Shown here piece by piece: positions 1 through 13,245 of a stretch of 64,000 nucleotides of DNA; the first letter of the stretch is position 1; the number at the start of each line of letters is the position of its first letter. The translations under genes and the position numbers were made by a program. Under the pieces are notes generated by a model, which worked only from the letters and a program-made list of their open reading frames with translations, did not search any database and was not told the DNA's origin. The DNA is from Camelus dromedarius (lineage: Eukaryota). The stretch lies in contig NC_087437.1 of the NCBI RefSeq assembly GCF_036321535.1, positions 87,732,001 to 87,796,000 on the forward strand, read 5' to 3'.

Positions 1-1363
1 GCAGCAGATGAAGAAGGACCCTGCATGCAGTTTTGAAAAATATAAATCTTATCCTGGAGGTAACTTATGCGTAAAGAAAATGGTCAAGTGAACAAGTGAG
101 ACCACTAAGATGAACATTAAAAATCAGCCTATAGACTCCCTAGGTGGGAACCAAGTAGCGCAGTACAGTGTCTGGCTAATCAGCTGCTTGTTGCTAATAC
201 AAGTTTATTGACCTTAATGTGTTTCATCAGAAGTGTATGTGCTCAGAAATCAATCATGCAATTCAGTATTAGGTTCACATTATTATTGCCTATCGGCTTT
301 ATTCTGGAGCCAATGTAGCTTTTGAGATTGAGATTTGAGATATTTCTTCAAAGCCAAAAAATCGATCTATAAATCAATTGGCCAATAACATAATATTTCT
401 AATAATTGAATTAAACTACATTTTAGAATATGGTATTCTATATTCTCTGGCCAAATTTGCATAATCATTTATTCTTTTTTAATAAAGTCACAGTTAAACA
501 GTATATTGAAAATCTAATTATCTTGATGGTACAAAAATTGAAACTATCAATGAAAATGAAACAGTGGATCAAGTTTTCATAAGATCAAACCTTTGTGCAA
601 GCAACTTTCTTCCTGGAAATGGTCACTAGGTTTAAAACAGCAATGACAATAATGTAAGGGAAACGTTATATACAGGTCTCCAGAAAGCAGCTGTGCAAAC
701 AAAGGGAAGAACCTTATGGAAAACCATGACACATTAAGAGACCTGTTGATTACATTTCATGTCTAATTCAAGAAATTTTGCTTATACAAAATCAAAAGCA
801 TAGCCTCAAATGGATCACTTGGTAGGTTGCACATTGCCTTCATATTGCTTGATTCATGCTTTTCACTTAACAGAACACCCCTTGCAGTCTGAATCTAAAA
901 TGATTAGATTTCAGTAATGCAGATTTTGTTCCAAATGCACTAAATTAGTTAACACATATACATAACATTTCTACATCTTTGTGTATTTGAAAATAGCATA
1001 ATGTTTATCATTTTAAGATAAGAATGAAATAGGATACTTCAAAATATCATATCTGGCAAGAAGCTAGCAATATTAGTCTTCTTTTCCAAATGCAAGAGAT
1101 TAGTTTTCTCATTGTGACAACAAACTAAAATATTGTCATGCTGACAGGTAATATTTTAGTACTCTAATTTACTACGTTTAAGCACTGTCTAACCTTTTGC
1201 TTATTGGAAAATAAGCTTATAGGACTATCTTCAAATAAACTACTATTAATGTGTTCACCTAAAATTTTCCACTAATTTAGATCATTTTTTAAAAGATCTC
1301 CCATTTAAAAGATAAATCTAGATCTTCTATGCCCTTGATTATCTAAGATTAAAATATATTCAT

Positions 1364-1429
1364 CTACACTGGAATTTGACACAACATTGTAAAATGATTA
1401 TAAATCAATAAAAAAAATGTTAAAAAAAA
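1364..1429 (+). mobile_element. Extremely 5'-truncated young L1 (3' terminus plus A tail)
   Basis: Identical, apart from A-run length, to the 3' end of the L1 at ~50551-50612 (ctacactggaatttgacacaacattgtaaaatgattataaatcaataaa). Flanked by attcatct at 1358-1365 and 1429-1436. Confidence 0.9.
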
Positions 1430-2899
1430 TTCATCTGAGCTTCAGTATTTTTTCCAATATTCCTTCAAATAATCTCAAGAAAAACAAATTATAAACAAAG
1501 ATAAATCAACTTTTGGATCTTATCTACCTAGTTAATATCTTCTTTTAAAATGTACAAATTAAAAAATCTTCCTATAAGAGACAATCCTTCAATATTTTCT
1601 CTTGAAACCATTGTCTGATGCCACAAAAGGAATTTTGCTATATATTTTTCCTAAAACATAACATTGAAAGGACAAATAAAAAAATGAAAACTCTATTTAG
1701 ATCTTTGATGTCACAAATACCTCAAATCAGAATGACTCCATTAACCGTTTGCTATTTTCCTCTTCCTCCAATTCCCAAATATTTTTAGACATAGAAAACT
1801 GGGAAACAGTAAGTGAAGTAATATTGAAATAACTATGGTGGTAATAATAATCGACAGCATTTACACCCTCAGTCCTTGCTCTGTATGTTAACTTTTTAAA
1901 TGCTCTACTACAACCCTTTTCAGTAGATATTATTATGAACTCCATTTTCGCAAGAACAAAGGTTCTGCCCTGTGGTACGCACACACTGGGTTGGACTTCA
2001 TGATTTTTCTTTTCAAAGGTGGGTAAGAAATACTGTTTTCAGTCTTTTCCTCTGGCTATAGAAGGCCATTTAATTCCTGTTTCTCTATCTTTAAAGGATA
2101 AATAACCTTCAGAATCATCATCCCCTCTGCACTCACTGCCGCCAGCATCTGTTTTCAGTCATCCGCTGCATACCTTCCAAGACTTTTCTCTTCATCTTTC
2201 TGACCTTTTCTCTCTGACCCAGATCTCTGTACCTCTTTTCTCAATTTGCACTCATTTTTCCTAACCCCTATTCCTAAACCCTTCTTCTATTTCATATCAA
2301 GCTCATTGTTTTTATATGCTCCTCACTTATACTATTCTCAAAAGTTGCTATGTCAACAATTTTAAGTATTTGAGGTGAAATCCAGATGTTTGTATTGAAT
2401 AGCAGTGCCAAACACCAGACATTTAATATAAACAGTATGTTTACAAACCCTTTCGTACTGGATAGAATATTTTTTAACTCAAGTAACTAGCCAGAGTTTT
2501 GAATGTATATAAGAAAAAGAAACATTAAAATCATTAAATGTGAAAAATCACGCTTCTGTATTCTTTTCACAACTTCAGCTGGATTCATCTGAAGTATGGA
2601 ATTTGTGTTTTAGCCTTATTGTTAAAAAGCAAATATATATATAGTGTTTCTATTTTTTAAATCAGTTGAAGGATTGGTCATGAAAGCAATCAGACTGGAA
2701 TATGAATTTATTTTTTTGTGAAAAATTACAGTGAAAATACCTCAATTTTCTAATTAGTTAATCATAATATATGCGTATTGATTGTACCCAGGTTTCTTTA
2801 TATTAAGAAACATATCAGGACTTTATAAGAACTCATTATGACTGGGAAGAAAATTAGGCAACAGGGTTACAATTTTTCATTTATGTTAAAAAAAAATCT

Positions 2900-3110
2900 A
2901 GATTTGGTAAACCAAATTACAGCCCCAACTATTCTGTTTTTTAGCTCTATGATCTTAGACAAATTATTTATATTCTGTAAACTTCGGTTTCTTCATCTGT
3001 AAAATAAAGATAGTAAGTACTGTACATCTACTATGTTTGCTACAAGGAATAACGTACTTAGTGTAACATCTAATAAAGCATATATAATCAATAAGTTGTC
3101 ATTTCTATTA
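2900..3110 (+). mobile_element. MIR SINE remnant
   Basis: Core-like agctctatgatcttagacaaattattta...cggtttcttcatctgtaaaata. Confidence 0.75.
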
Positions 3111-5369
3111 TTATAAATAATTACCAAAGTCCCATTATATAGTATAAACTCAAGTTATGTAAATACCTGTCTCATAACTCTTGATAGTTGATTTGTATTT
3201 GAACGTTCTTGTCTATGGGAACCTATGATGGTTTCCCTTAGTTATGGAATTATAAGAAATGAAATACTGAGAAACATGTATTAATACTCCATAAAGATTT
3301 CAGAGACCAAACAGAAATGAACAGGACCTAATTAATGTGTGTGTGTGCATTATGTATCCTATATATAGGAGATACGTAATTTAATCTAGCATGGCAAGTA
3401 TACAATGACATGTAGATCTTGGCCCTCCAAATCTGTTGCTTTTGACTTTACTGCCTAGCTATTTAATTTTTAAATTTTCCCAAGAACGAACTAATTTTTT
3501 TAGAATCTCACATTATTATTTTTCTAATTTACCTAAGCCTTTTTTCTATTTTTAAGTAAAAAAGTTGTTTTTTTTTTAACTGAGATTTCTACTACATTTT
3601 ATAAAGATGAAAACAAGAAGCTAACTCTGTATGTAGAAAACTCTTGTAAAAACATAGCCACACACGTATTTCATTCTGATTGTTGTACTTGAAGCATGCA
3701 CTTGGGAAAAAAAAAATAAAGTCCATGTATAGAGAATCGGTTCACAATGAATGAAAAGGGAGGGCCTTACATTCAAATCAAAACTATTGTATCTAGACTT
3801 AGCATGATAATTTCACAATAAGTTTAAGGCAATCTCATTTAACTAAAGAGTAATATTGTGTTCTCCAGCTGAAAGATTATCTTCCAATACATATGAGATT
3901 TTTTAAATGTATAGGAATGCTCAGCAAAATTTCAGGCTATCAAAACTGAAGTATCTGATTAAAAAACTCTACTGTTTAAGGATTTATCCTAGCATATAAT
4001 CAATCATAGAAATGCACTTTTTTATTGCTTTTTTTCCTTGTACAACAGCTGAAGGAAGAAATAACCTCAAAATCAGTTAATGTAGGAAACCAAGAAACAT
4101 ATTCCATTTAATCCCTATGTTTCTTTATTTTTCTTCCCACAGTAATAAAATATCCCTCTCTGCAGAGGCTAAATTATTTGAGTAGAAATGTGGAGTAGGC
4201 AAGTTTCAGAATCACTTAAATCTTTCAAACCCAGACTATGAATAAAAACAAACTTTCATCATTTTTTTGGCAAGAGGTAAAAAATTAAGCAGGGATATCT
4301 TAAAAAAGAAAAACATGCTTACACCTTTCTGTCTTGTGATTAGCTAGCAGAAGTTCCTTCTGTTATATAATGTACTGTTCCTTCCCTGAAGGACTCATAA
4401 ACTTCTCAAGGCAACACCTAGTTAAATTGGGCATTTATTAAATTTCACTATCCTTTTAATTCACCTTTGAACCTGGAAGAGGTTATTAAATTTGGCAGCC
4501 AAAAGTTCCCTTTTACACCTGCAAATAACAATTGAATCCACAATTAAGGATCATTTCCTCTTTTTTGAAATTCAAATAATGGCATTAAAACCGAGTGTAA
4601 TATTTTTATCTGCATCTGGTCAGGCTATTTCCTGGCATTTGGGATGAGGTAACAGGATGACTGCATAAAAATGCTACATAAAGATGCTGAGATAATTTCT
4701 AGGTGACTTCAGAAATGCAGACAACTTCTAGACATTAGAGTATGCAGTATGCACAGACCACACACCGCTAAAGCCACTTTAAGGGGGAGGGGTGATGGGG
4801 GCAGAGGAATTGACTTTTGTTTCTACATGAAAAAAAAAAATTAAGTCAACCCTAATATTTAATTTGGATGAAACATATTAAAGAAAGTATATTTCTAGTA
4901 CCCTTAGAATTCATTATCCAGAAAGATCTGAAACATTTAATACAATGTACCCTTCCTCAATCATATGCCCTTTTCTCTTATCCACTTGTATAAGCATATT
5001 TTCTGCAGCAGTTTTCACTTCATTCATTTCTTATCTACCAGAGTTCTAGACATCTCCAAAGCCTCTCTCACACAAATCATCTGAAACCTGAAGATTATAT
5101 TCAATCTCTGTATTGCATTCACTACCTGTATTCATCTGAAATAGGCTATTGTGTGTCAGTAGCTACTCCATTTTTATGCTACTAAACTCTTTCCTAGTTA
5201 ATCCAGAAAGGGTCTCATTCTTAACTCCAACTAAGAGTTTTCTAAATTTTATCATTTTCCAAGAGTTCTTTGCCACTACCATTTCGTACATTCCCACAGC
5301 CCTGAACTCAAAATACGAAATACGAAATACATGGTAAAGTACTAACAAGGAACTATAACAAATTTGCAG

Positions 5370-5505
5370 AACCATTGTTTAGTTCACGAATTTTAGAGCC
5401 AGAAGAAATCTCAAATGTTTAGTTCAAACTGATCATCTATGGATGAGGCGATTGAGCCCCAAAGAGATTAAATAACCTGACTAAGATCATTCAGCTTGTT
5501 AGTGA
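5370..5505 (-). mobile_element. MIR SINE remnant
   Basis: atggatgaggcgattgagccccaaagagattaaataacctgactaagatca resembles the reverse-strand MIR core. Confidence 0.7.
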
Positions 5506-6039
5506 CATTTCCCAAGACTGTCCTGGTTGAATTATAATTACCCTGTTATCTCTCCAAACTGTCCCAGTTTAAAAAATAAATCAAAAGTTTGCCCTAGTTT
5601 ATGTAACTATTCAAGTCTCAACTGGAGGCTGACCGTTCTCCTCAAGACAGATTTTTTTTTAAGCACTTAATCCTAATCCCTATGAGTGTCAAGTTTTCCC
5701 TGCTTTTTAAAAGTAACTAAACTAAAATCAAACCAACCTACAAAAGATGTAGTAACTATTACAGAGAAATGTGTCTTACCAAATTATTTTTTTTCATTTT
5801 ATTAGACTCTGAGTTTCTTTGTAAATACAGACCTTAAAATAAGTTCTATAAGAAAGAAATCAGCAAACATCTAGGGCATAGTTTGGAAGTGTCTGTATTC
5901 AACTCATCAACGAGACATTACATTATTCAACTAACACGTATACAGTAAAACTGGTATCAACAGGACCACTGACGGAAAGTCAAAGAAATGGGTCATGTAA
6001 GGTTATGAAAATTGGGGGAGGGTTTAGAGTGAAGGGTAG

Positions 6040-6430
6040 AAAGATATTAGAAAAGATTTCTTATTTGGGAAAAGATGCCTTATTTGGGAAAGCACTTGTA
6101 CGGAGCACGATTCAAAAGCCAGGATGCTGGAGAGTGAATCAGAGAAGAGAGGAAATGGTGACATGCTCAGGGAACATGAAGTAGTTGAGGCAGATTGAAG
6201 ATGAGACAGTGGCTTTGGGAGTGGGAGGCAGGAGTCTGGGGCGGTAGAGAGAGGGATGTGAAAGTACAGATGATCATTTTATGCAATCCAGTAGCCAGTG
6301 GGAAGCCAGTAAAAGTTTCAGAGGAGTTGACAATAAACACATTTCGTGGCTAATCTTATAGTAGTTTGTAGATTTCCAATAGATATCATTTTAGAAAGTT
6401 GTTGCAAATATCAAGCTGTGAAGTAAAGAG
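6040..6430 (-). mobile_element. L2 LINE remnant
   Basis: Purine-rich degenerate L2 pattern (cagtgggaagccagtaaaagtttc; agttgttgcaaatatcaagctgtg). Confidence 0.55.
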
Positions 6431-6469
6431 GAGAATCCAAACCAAGAACCAATAAGAACATGGATCAGG

Positions 6470-6690
6470 AAATCAATCAGATCTGGGTTTGAAAATGGTT
6501 TCTGCCATTTACTGAGTGTTTTCAACAATTTTCTTAGCCTTTATAAATTTTTTTCCAGATCCTTCCTTTGTAATTTAGGAAGGATTAATAGGGAACTCAT
6601 TATTTTGAGGATAAATGAAATCGGACAACATATTTGGCTCAGGGCCTAGAAAATAGTAAGGATTCAGTCAATGTGAAATACTATTGAAAT
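6470..6690 (+). mobile_element. MIR SINE remnant
   Basis: cagatctgggtttgaaaatggtttctgccatttactgagtg...tgaggataaatgaaat. Confidence 0.7.
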
Positions 6691-8379
6691 TGGTATTATG
6701 AAGGAAGTAAGTAGAGTGGCAGCCCATTGTTAAGACCAGTCCGAGACAGATGAATAATAAAGCAGCCCTTGATAATAGTCATTGAATTTGATTTTGTTTT
6801 TATGCCAGGATTCTTAAAACATTTTAGAACTTTGAATATTAGGAAATTATTTTGATTTACAAAAAAATTGTTAATTTATACTTTCTTCTAATATAATGTA
6901 TAGTATGTATACAATATGAGATCAGATTGAAAGTGTTTAAGAATAGTTTTGTAATAATACTATGATTAAAGAATCCCTTTTTGGCCCATTGTCATGAAGG
7001 CATTGCAAAATTTTCTAGTTCCTGCTAAACTCCAATCAAACTTGAAATATAGTGACTTCCATTCAACCGAGGGCAGTATGCCATGAATTCTGAAACATAT
7101 GCCACTAATTGAGCACAACCATTAATGGAATTTGATTTTGTCCTCTGTTAATGGCCCTCCAATAAGATAGATTCCTAGGTACCCTCAAAGCAGGCTGTGA
7201 GCTTAGAAGAGATAGACAGAAAGCAGGCAGAGATGCAAGCATCATTAGCATGATGTTACTTGGACTCCATATGGAAAAATGGAAAGTTAAATGGTTGTGA
7301 AAAAACTAAACTTGGTATTTACTTAAAATTTTAAAAGAGAGTGGTTATGGCCTGGTAATGAAAAGGCACTGATCATTTTTCACTCTAATTAATAGTACAT
7401 TTATTGACTTAAGCAGTAGATTTTAAATAAATAAAGACCAGTTCAAGTTTTACTTTCAAGCATATGGGACTTCATTCCAACTCAGAGTAAATTTTTCCTC
7501 TGAAAAACAATACAAATTTTGACTGGAAGACGTTGTTACTCTCACTTTTCTGTTTAAAATGTTATAAACACACATACACACACACACACAATTACAAACA
7601 GATTTGTCCCAAAATTTTAAGTACTGAACATTTTATGAAGTAAAGATTTTCAGTATAACAATAGTATGCCATGAATTCTAGTTTTGTTCTGTTTTGTTTT
7701 TCTTGTTGCCGTGCAATAGGCAACTATCCAGCAAACTTACTGACCCACCAAAATTCCATGCGCTGTCAGGACCAAATGAGGATTTTCCTTCTTCCTGAAT
7801 AATCAGATAGTGTTTGCAGGAGATACAGCTCATCAGCTTCAGACACCCAATACTGTTTTAATTATTTTAATTATGAACTTATGTGTATTTCTTTTCTTTT
7901 AAAAGTTTGTACACTTTTGTATTTTATAATTAAATTTAGATTTTGTTTAAATTTCATGAACAGATTATATTTAATGAAAAATCCATCCTGTTAGCATGAT
8001 ATAACTCAACCATCAGTTTGACTACAGAACGTGGCCAGAAGTGCCTTTTAGGATCAAAGATGCTTTTTAAGAAAGAGAAAAAAAAAACCTCATTTATACC
8101 CTTTTTCAATTTTCTTCTTCTCTTTTTTCTCTCCCTTTCACACTTTCTCTGATACATACATAATTGTACAGTAAAACGACTCAAAAAGTTCACCAATTAT
8201 AAGTTGCACAGCATTCTGCTGATTCAGACCTAACAGTTTATAAAAACTGGATTTTTTCATTTAACCCTTTGGTGAAGAGAATTTCCACATTAAGTTACTA
8301 CAAATCCCTACCATGTGATAATGAAGTTTGGGCTATCTATATAGTACTGTATGTGCCTTGAGCATGTTTATTTAGGATA

Positions 8380-8960
8380 TTTCTAAGGGTTGCAAGTAAT
8401 GGAAAATCCAACTTGCCTGGTTAACAATGAGGAAATATTTCATAAAGCATTAAATCCAGAGAGGTAGTGGATTCTGAGTGAAGTAACCTCTGAATCTACT
8501 TCTCTGTAAACCTCTGATTTGGCTTTGCCTTCCTCCTTGTATTTGTTTATCCTCAGTCTGGTAGCCAGGTGATTTTATATCATATATTTTTAGCATCTCA
8601 TCCAGACATACATGGAAACATTCAGAGACAGTTAAGAGACCATTTTCCCCCTGTGTCTCTTTCTTAAAAATCATTAAATTCTTCCCAGAAGCCCACTGAT
8701 GAACTTTGCCTCACATCTTACTGGCCAGAATCAGATCGCTTGCCCACTCCTATGTGAATTTTTGTCCAGAGAGCTGGGATTACCAAAACAGGCTTGTCTA
8801 TTCAACTTTCAGCCCCTAATGTTGAGAATAAAATCAATTGTGGCACTTGGCACACTGGACAGAGAAGGGATGGATATTTTGACAATACTGGGAACATTCA
8901 ACAATAACCATTTTGGAAGTGGGAAGTAGGGTGGAACGGATTCTGTAGGCAAACAGTAGA
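8380..8960 (-). mobile_element. Old MaLR LTR (MLT1-type)
   Basis: ggttgcaagtaatggaaaatccaact start; ttcccagaagccc...cctcacatcttactggccagaatcag...gcccactcct is typical of old MLT1. Confidence 0.7.
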
Positions 8961-9349
8961 AGCTACTTGAAATTCTGAGTTTTGAGGTGAACTCTCCTAC
9001 CCATTAACCTCCACATGCCCTGATCTCTAAGGGCACATCTGAGATGGGACTCAAGAGCTCTAAGAGCCCTTTGCCTTTTTGGTGGAGTTGGGGACAGAAT
9101 TTGCCTTAGGGATTGAATTTCTGAGGCTATTATCAGTCAGCCTCCAGGTTTCTTTGGCAACACAGAAAACCTTAGCAAGCTTTTAGTCTTCCAGTAATTG
9201 CTGGGGCATCAGTACCTATTGTCAAAGTGATTGTCTTAGTTTTGAATCTTTAAACTCCTGTAACCCATCGGACAGACGCTTGTGTGAGAGGTCCCTTCCC
9301 CTGCAACTCTGCCTTAAAGGAACTGTAAAAGTGGCTTTGGGTAGAGATC

Positions 9350-9876
9350 TGTTACGCTAAAAGGTAAAGACCCCGATTCTTGTCATACCCGAAAGACAAG
9401 TTTACAATCGGGAGACGGTGCGTTGTGTAGCAAAAGATTTTAAAAGATTTATTTTAAAAAAGGAAAAGTATACCCCCAAGAAAGGGAGACGGGCTGATGC
9501 AAGGAAAGAAAAGCAGAGGTTTTTGTCTCCCCTTGTCTCTTACACCCTCACTTAGAAGTGGTCTCTTGATTAATTGATGGCTCTCGTTCCTGGAACGCTT
9601 AGTCATGTTTGGCTTCTTTGTGCTTGTCCTTAACCATAGTACATACAGAAAAACCCATGGGGGAGTTAATTATAATACAATGAAAACTGGGTTATGTCTC
9701 ATTAAGTCCTTTCTGCTACCAGGCAGTCTTGGCTGCCGGGTTTTAACCAGTTTCTTGCTGACATTCATTGAGAAGAAGTAAAGCCCCTTTATAGCGGGCA
9801 TAACACTGTCTTCCAGACCTTCCTCCCTCTCCTCCACCTATTTGCCTGGTGCCCCCACTTACCTAACTACCCAAAA
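9350..9876 (-). mobile_element. ERV solo LTR (ERV1-like)
   Basis: Starts tgttac and ends cctaactacccaaaa. Flanked by 4-bp gatc (9346-9349, 9877-9880). Minus-strand AATAAA (tttatt ~9448). Several CpGs retained. Confidence 0.8.
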
Positions 9877-10879
9877 GATCCACCACTTGTAACCTGCCTT
9901 TGCATTACGACTAGTTTTTCAGAGCAGCCCCAACTGACTGTTCTCTTCAGGAAAGGAATGGTTAAGAGAAGACACCTGGGAGAAACTTGGGAATTTGGGG
10001 CTATTTTTCCTTCGGTTAAGGCTCCATTTCTCTGTCTTAAGCTGCCCTAACTTCAACTTGGAGAGTTCAGTTTTCCTGTCTAACAGATTACATGGTAGTA
10101 CAAAGGAAATTCATGCAAAATTAAATCATAATTACCTCAATGGTAAGATTTCAAGGAAGTTTATTTTTCACATTACTGGTTGTTTTCCCAAATGAGCTTG
10201 TATATATTTTGAAAATTTTTATTCAATTCTTTGTGCAATAAATTTCAGACAGATGATAGGAAGACAGATAGGTTTCATATTTTCTATTTCTGTGTGTATG
10301 TATTATATATGTAATTTAATTAATTTTGAGTTAGACAGAAATCAGCTGAAATATGAAATTAATTACTAAACCTTAGATAAATATTTTTCTTGGTAATAAA
10401 AATACGTTCTTAAAGCCTTCTTCTAAATCTAAAAATTGTGAAAGTATTAAATGGTTGGGGTCACTGGAGTGTGAGTTTTAGGACTCCATACTGATACGTT
10501 GGAAATGAGCATGGTTTAATTTTTGTGCAAAAATGAGATAGTTAAGACATAAAATTATAAGGCATTTCAATTGTCTAAACAAATATTTTTAATAAAAATA
10601 CAAAAATGTTAGAGGAGCTGAAAGATAAATGTTGTAATGTAATTAAAATATCCTATAAAAACAGAATACTTTTAGACAAAAGACATCACCACATTATGGG
10701 GAAATGGTTAGAGCCTTTATCTATTATAAATCCAAAGATATTTTATGTTAAGTAAGTATTCATCTCTCTCCTGAATCATCTAATCAATAATTAATTGCTG
10801 TATTTTTCTAAAATCATATCATGTATTTACTTGCTTCTTTTTGGGAACATTTCTTCAGAGCTTTATCTTTCACTGAATT

Positions 10880-11830
10880 TCCAATTTATTGGTTGATTTT
10901 CTTTTTTTTTCTTATGAGCAGAAGACACACGCCTACAACTTATTAAGAATTTCTAGGATCTATGCATACAACTTACGTAAAGATTACCTACTATACTTCA
11001 AAACCTCAAATTTAATGTTCTAAATTGGACCAATTCCCTATAAGTTTGCTGCATTTGCTGTTACCTTGAAATTTTATGTATCATATTCCTGGATAACTTT
11101 CACTAATTCCTGAATTCAAATTATTTATGTTTCTCAAATTGTTCTGTTGTGCATCTTCAAATAATTTTTCTAAAATTTTGAAGTCCTGGCTTGAGTATTT
11201 CCTATCATTTAGTATTGCTGATATGAAGTATAAATAGACTTCTAAATAAAATCATTTCAATAGTTATGAAGAAAAGCACTTTTTTTTTCTAGAAGCTTTT
11301 GGATTTTCTTTCAATCCTTGGAGTTCTGAAACACCACTATTGTGTGGCTAAACTGTGGAGTTGGGGATGACACTTTGTATGTGTGTGAGGTTTTGTCCAA
11401 CATCGTTTTGATTCAATGTTGTTACTCAGTTTCTTGAGTTGCTCCCTTGAGTTAAATTTGCTTTTATAAAAATTGGAAAATGTCTCATATTTACTCTCCT
11501 CTTGACTTTATTTTCTCCTTCTGAAATTCTTACTAGCTTCATATTGGATCCTCTATGTCTGGCCTCCATTTCTCTTACTTTTTCTCCTTTTCTATATCTT
11601 GTCCCTCCTCCACAAGCTGGTAAATTTTCTCAAATTTATCAGTTTATCTTCTGGATGACTAATAGATTCAGCCCTTTAAATGAATGTGACTCTTCAGCAA
11701 ATGCCTTTATAATTTTTAAGAGCATTGTCTTGTTATATAAGAGACAAATGCATATATGTATATATACACACATGTGTATATGTATATATGTATGCATATA
11801 CATGGCAGCTTTTTCCTAATCTGTGGGTAC
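10880..11830 (-). mobile_element. Ancient, highly diverged L1 fragment
   Basis: T-rich antisense L1-like text (ttttctttcaatccttggagttctgaaac; ggaaaatgtctcatatttactc). Confidence 0.5.
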
Positions 11831-13129
11831 AATATTCTCTCAAGCCTCTCATGAGAATAGTTAACATGAGTTAGAATCTGGTGCAGTGCTGAGCAGTGAA
11901 GAGTCCCTCTACCCTATGTTGAAAAATTAGCTGTGTGTGTAAAGCAGTAGCAAATTAAGATGCCAAAATGCCACCTATTATTTTTTTAAAAAGTCTTAGA
12001 TGAAGCAACAGATAGGAGGTCTATTTAGAAGAATATCAAGATCTAAAGAGTTTAGTGAATTTCTTGAAACCTTCAATAAAGACTGACTAGAAAATGACAA
12101 GCTTTAGCCCAAGCTGCTGCATTTAAAACAGAAAGTTATAGAGCACATAGCCTTGTTCAGAGAGCCAGCTAGTTAGCTAGACTGAATATCAGATCATTTT
12201 GAAGTTTGCAAATGATGAATTCTCTGCTCTATATGAAAGTTAGTGTAAGCCAAGTCAGAGTGATAAAAAGCACAGTAGAAGATAAGACTGTGAAAGAGAA
12301 GATCCAGTGAAGTGGGGAAAGGGACCCTCACCCAGGAATTTCCCAGCTGCCTCCTGAGGAATGCCTCAAACCTGTCCTGCTGAGCACCGCCTGCCTAAGG
12401 AAGTAAATCACATCAGTATGAAGATTCATGTCTCAGGACAGAGCCTAGAGGCAAATCGCCCTTTCTCATTGCCCTGACACATTGTGTGATAGGTAGAAGC
12501 TAAGGGACATGTGAATGAGCAAAGTGCCAAGGTTCGTGCTGGAAGCTTTCTAGGTAATGACCAGTCTTGAAAACCATATTTGGACAGAACCCTGGCATTG
12601 GTTATTAGCCATTGGCCCATGGAATCAAAGAAGGCAAATAAAACATTATGAAAAGTAGTAGTTATCAATGAAACCCCAAATCTAAAATCCAGGGCCAGTA
12701 TTTGCTAAATCCCTACCAGATGCCCTAACCCAGGAGAACTAAAGCTGTACTATACTTAGGATTTCAAAGGAGCTAATTGTTTTATAAATCACGTAAATAT
12801 GCACAAGTATTATACATCTCCGGAGATGTTGTTATTCAACTATCATGTACCAATATTTTTTAGTACAGATAAGAAAATGGAAGCAAGTTAGGAACATCTA
12901 GTTTAACCCAACATCATCTTACAGGTGAAGCTGCTAAGTCTCATTTGATTATGTTCTTGGCCAAATGTCCTATTGCTGCTATGCAGTTGCATATTCAGCC
13001 CTCAAAACTTGCTTTTTCAATTTCCAATGTAGTTTTGTGCCATGCTATTTCCAATAAATCCTTGATTCATTCCCTCTTTACCTATGTGGATTAGTGCATA
13101 AAGGGCATAAGAATGTCTTTGTGATCTTG

Positions 13130-13245
13130 TTCCAATACAGATTCAGTAAGTCTGAAGTAGGGCCTGAGAATCTGAATTGTTATCTAGCTCTTAGCTGCTG
13201 CGGATGCTGTTGGTACCTGGATCGTATGTTAAGCAGCAAAACTAG
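13130..13245. mobile_element. MER5-type hAT-Charlie DNA transposon fragment
   Basis: gattcagtaagtctgaagtagggcctgagaatctg...gatgctgttggtacctggatc. Confidence 0.7.

Noticed and set aside
11750..11802. (TA/TG/CA)-rich tract inside a 105-aa ORF
   Set aside because: Simple repeat within an old L1; the ORF is a low-complexity artefact
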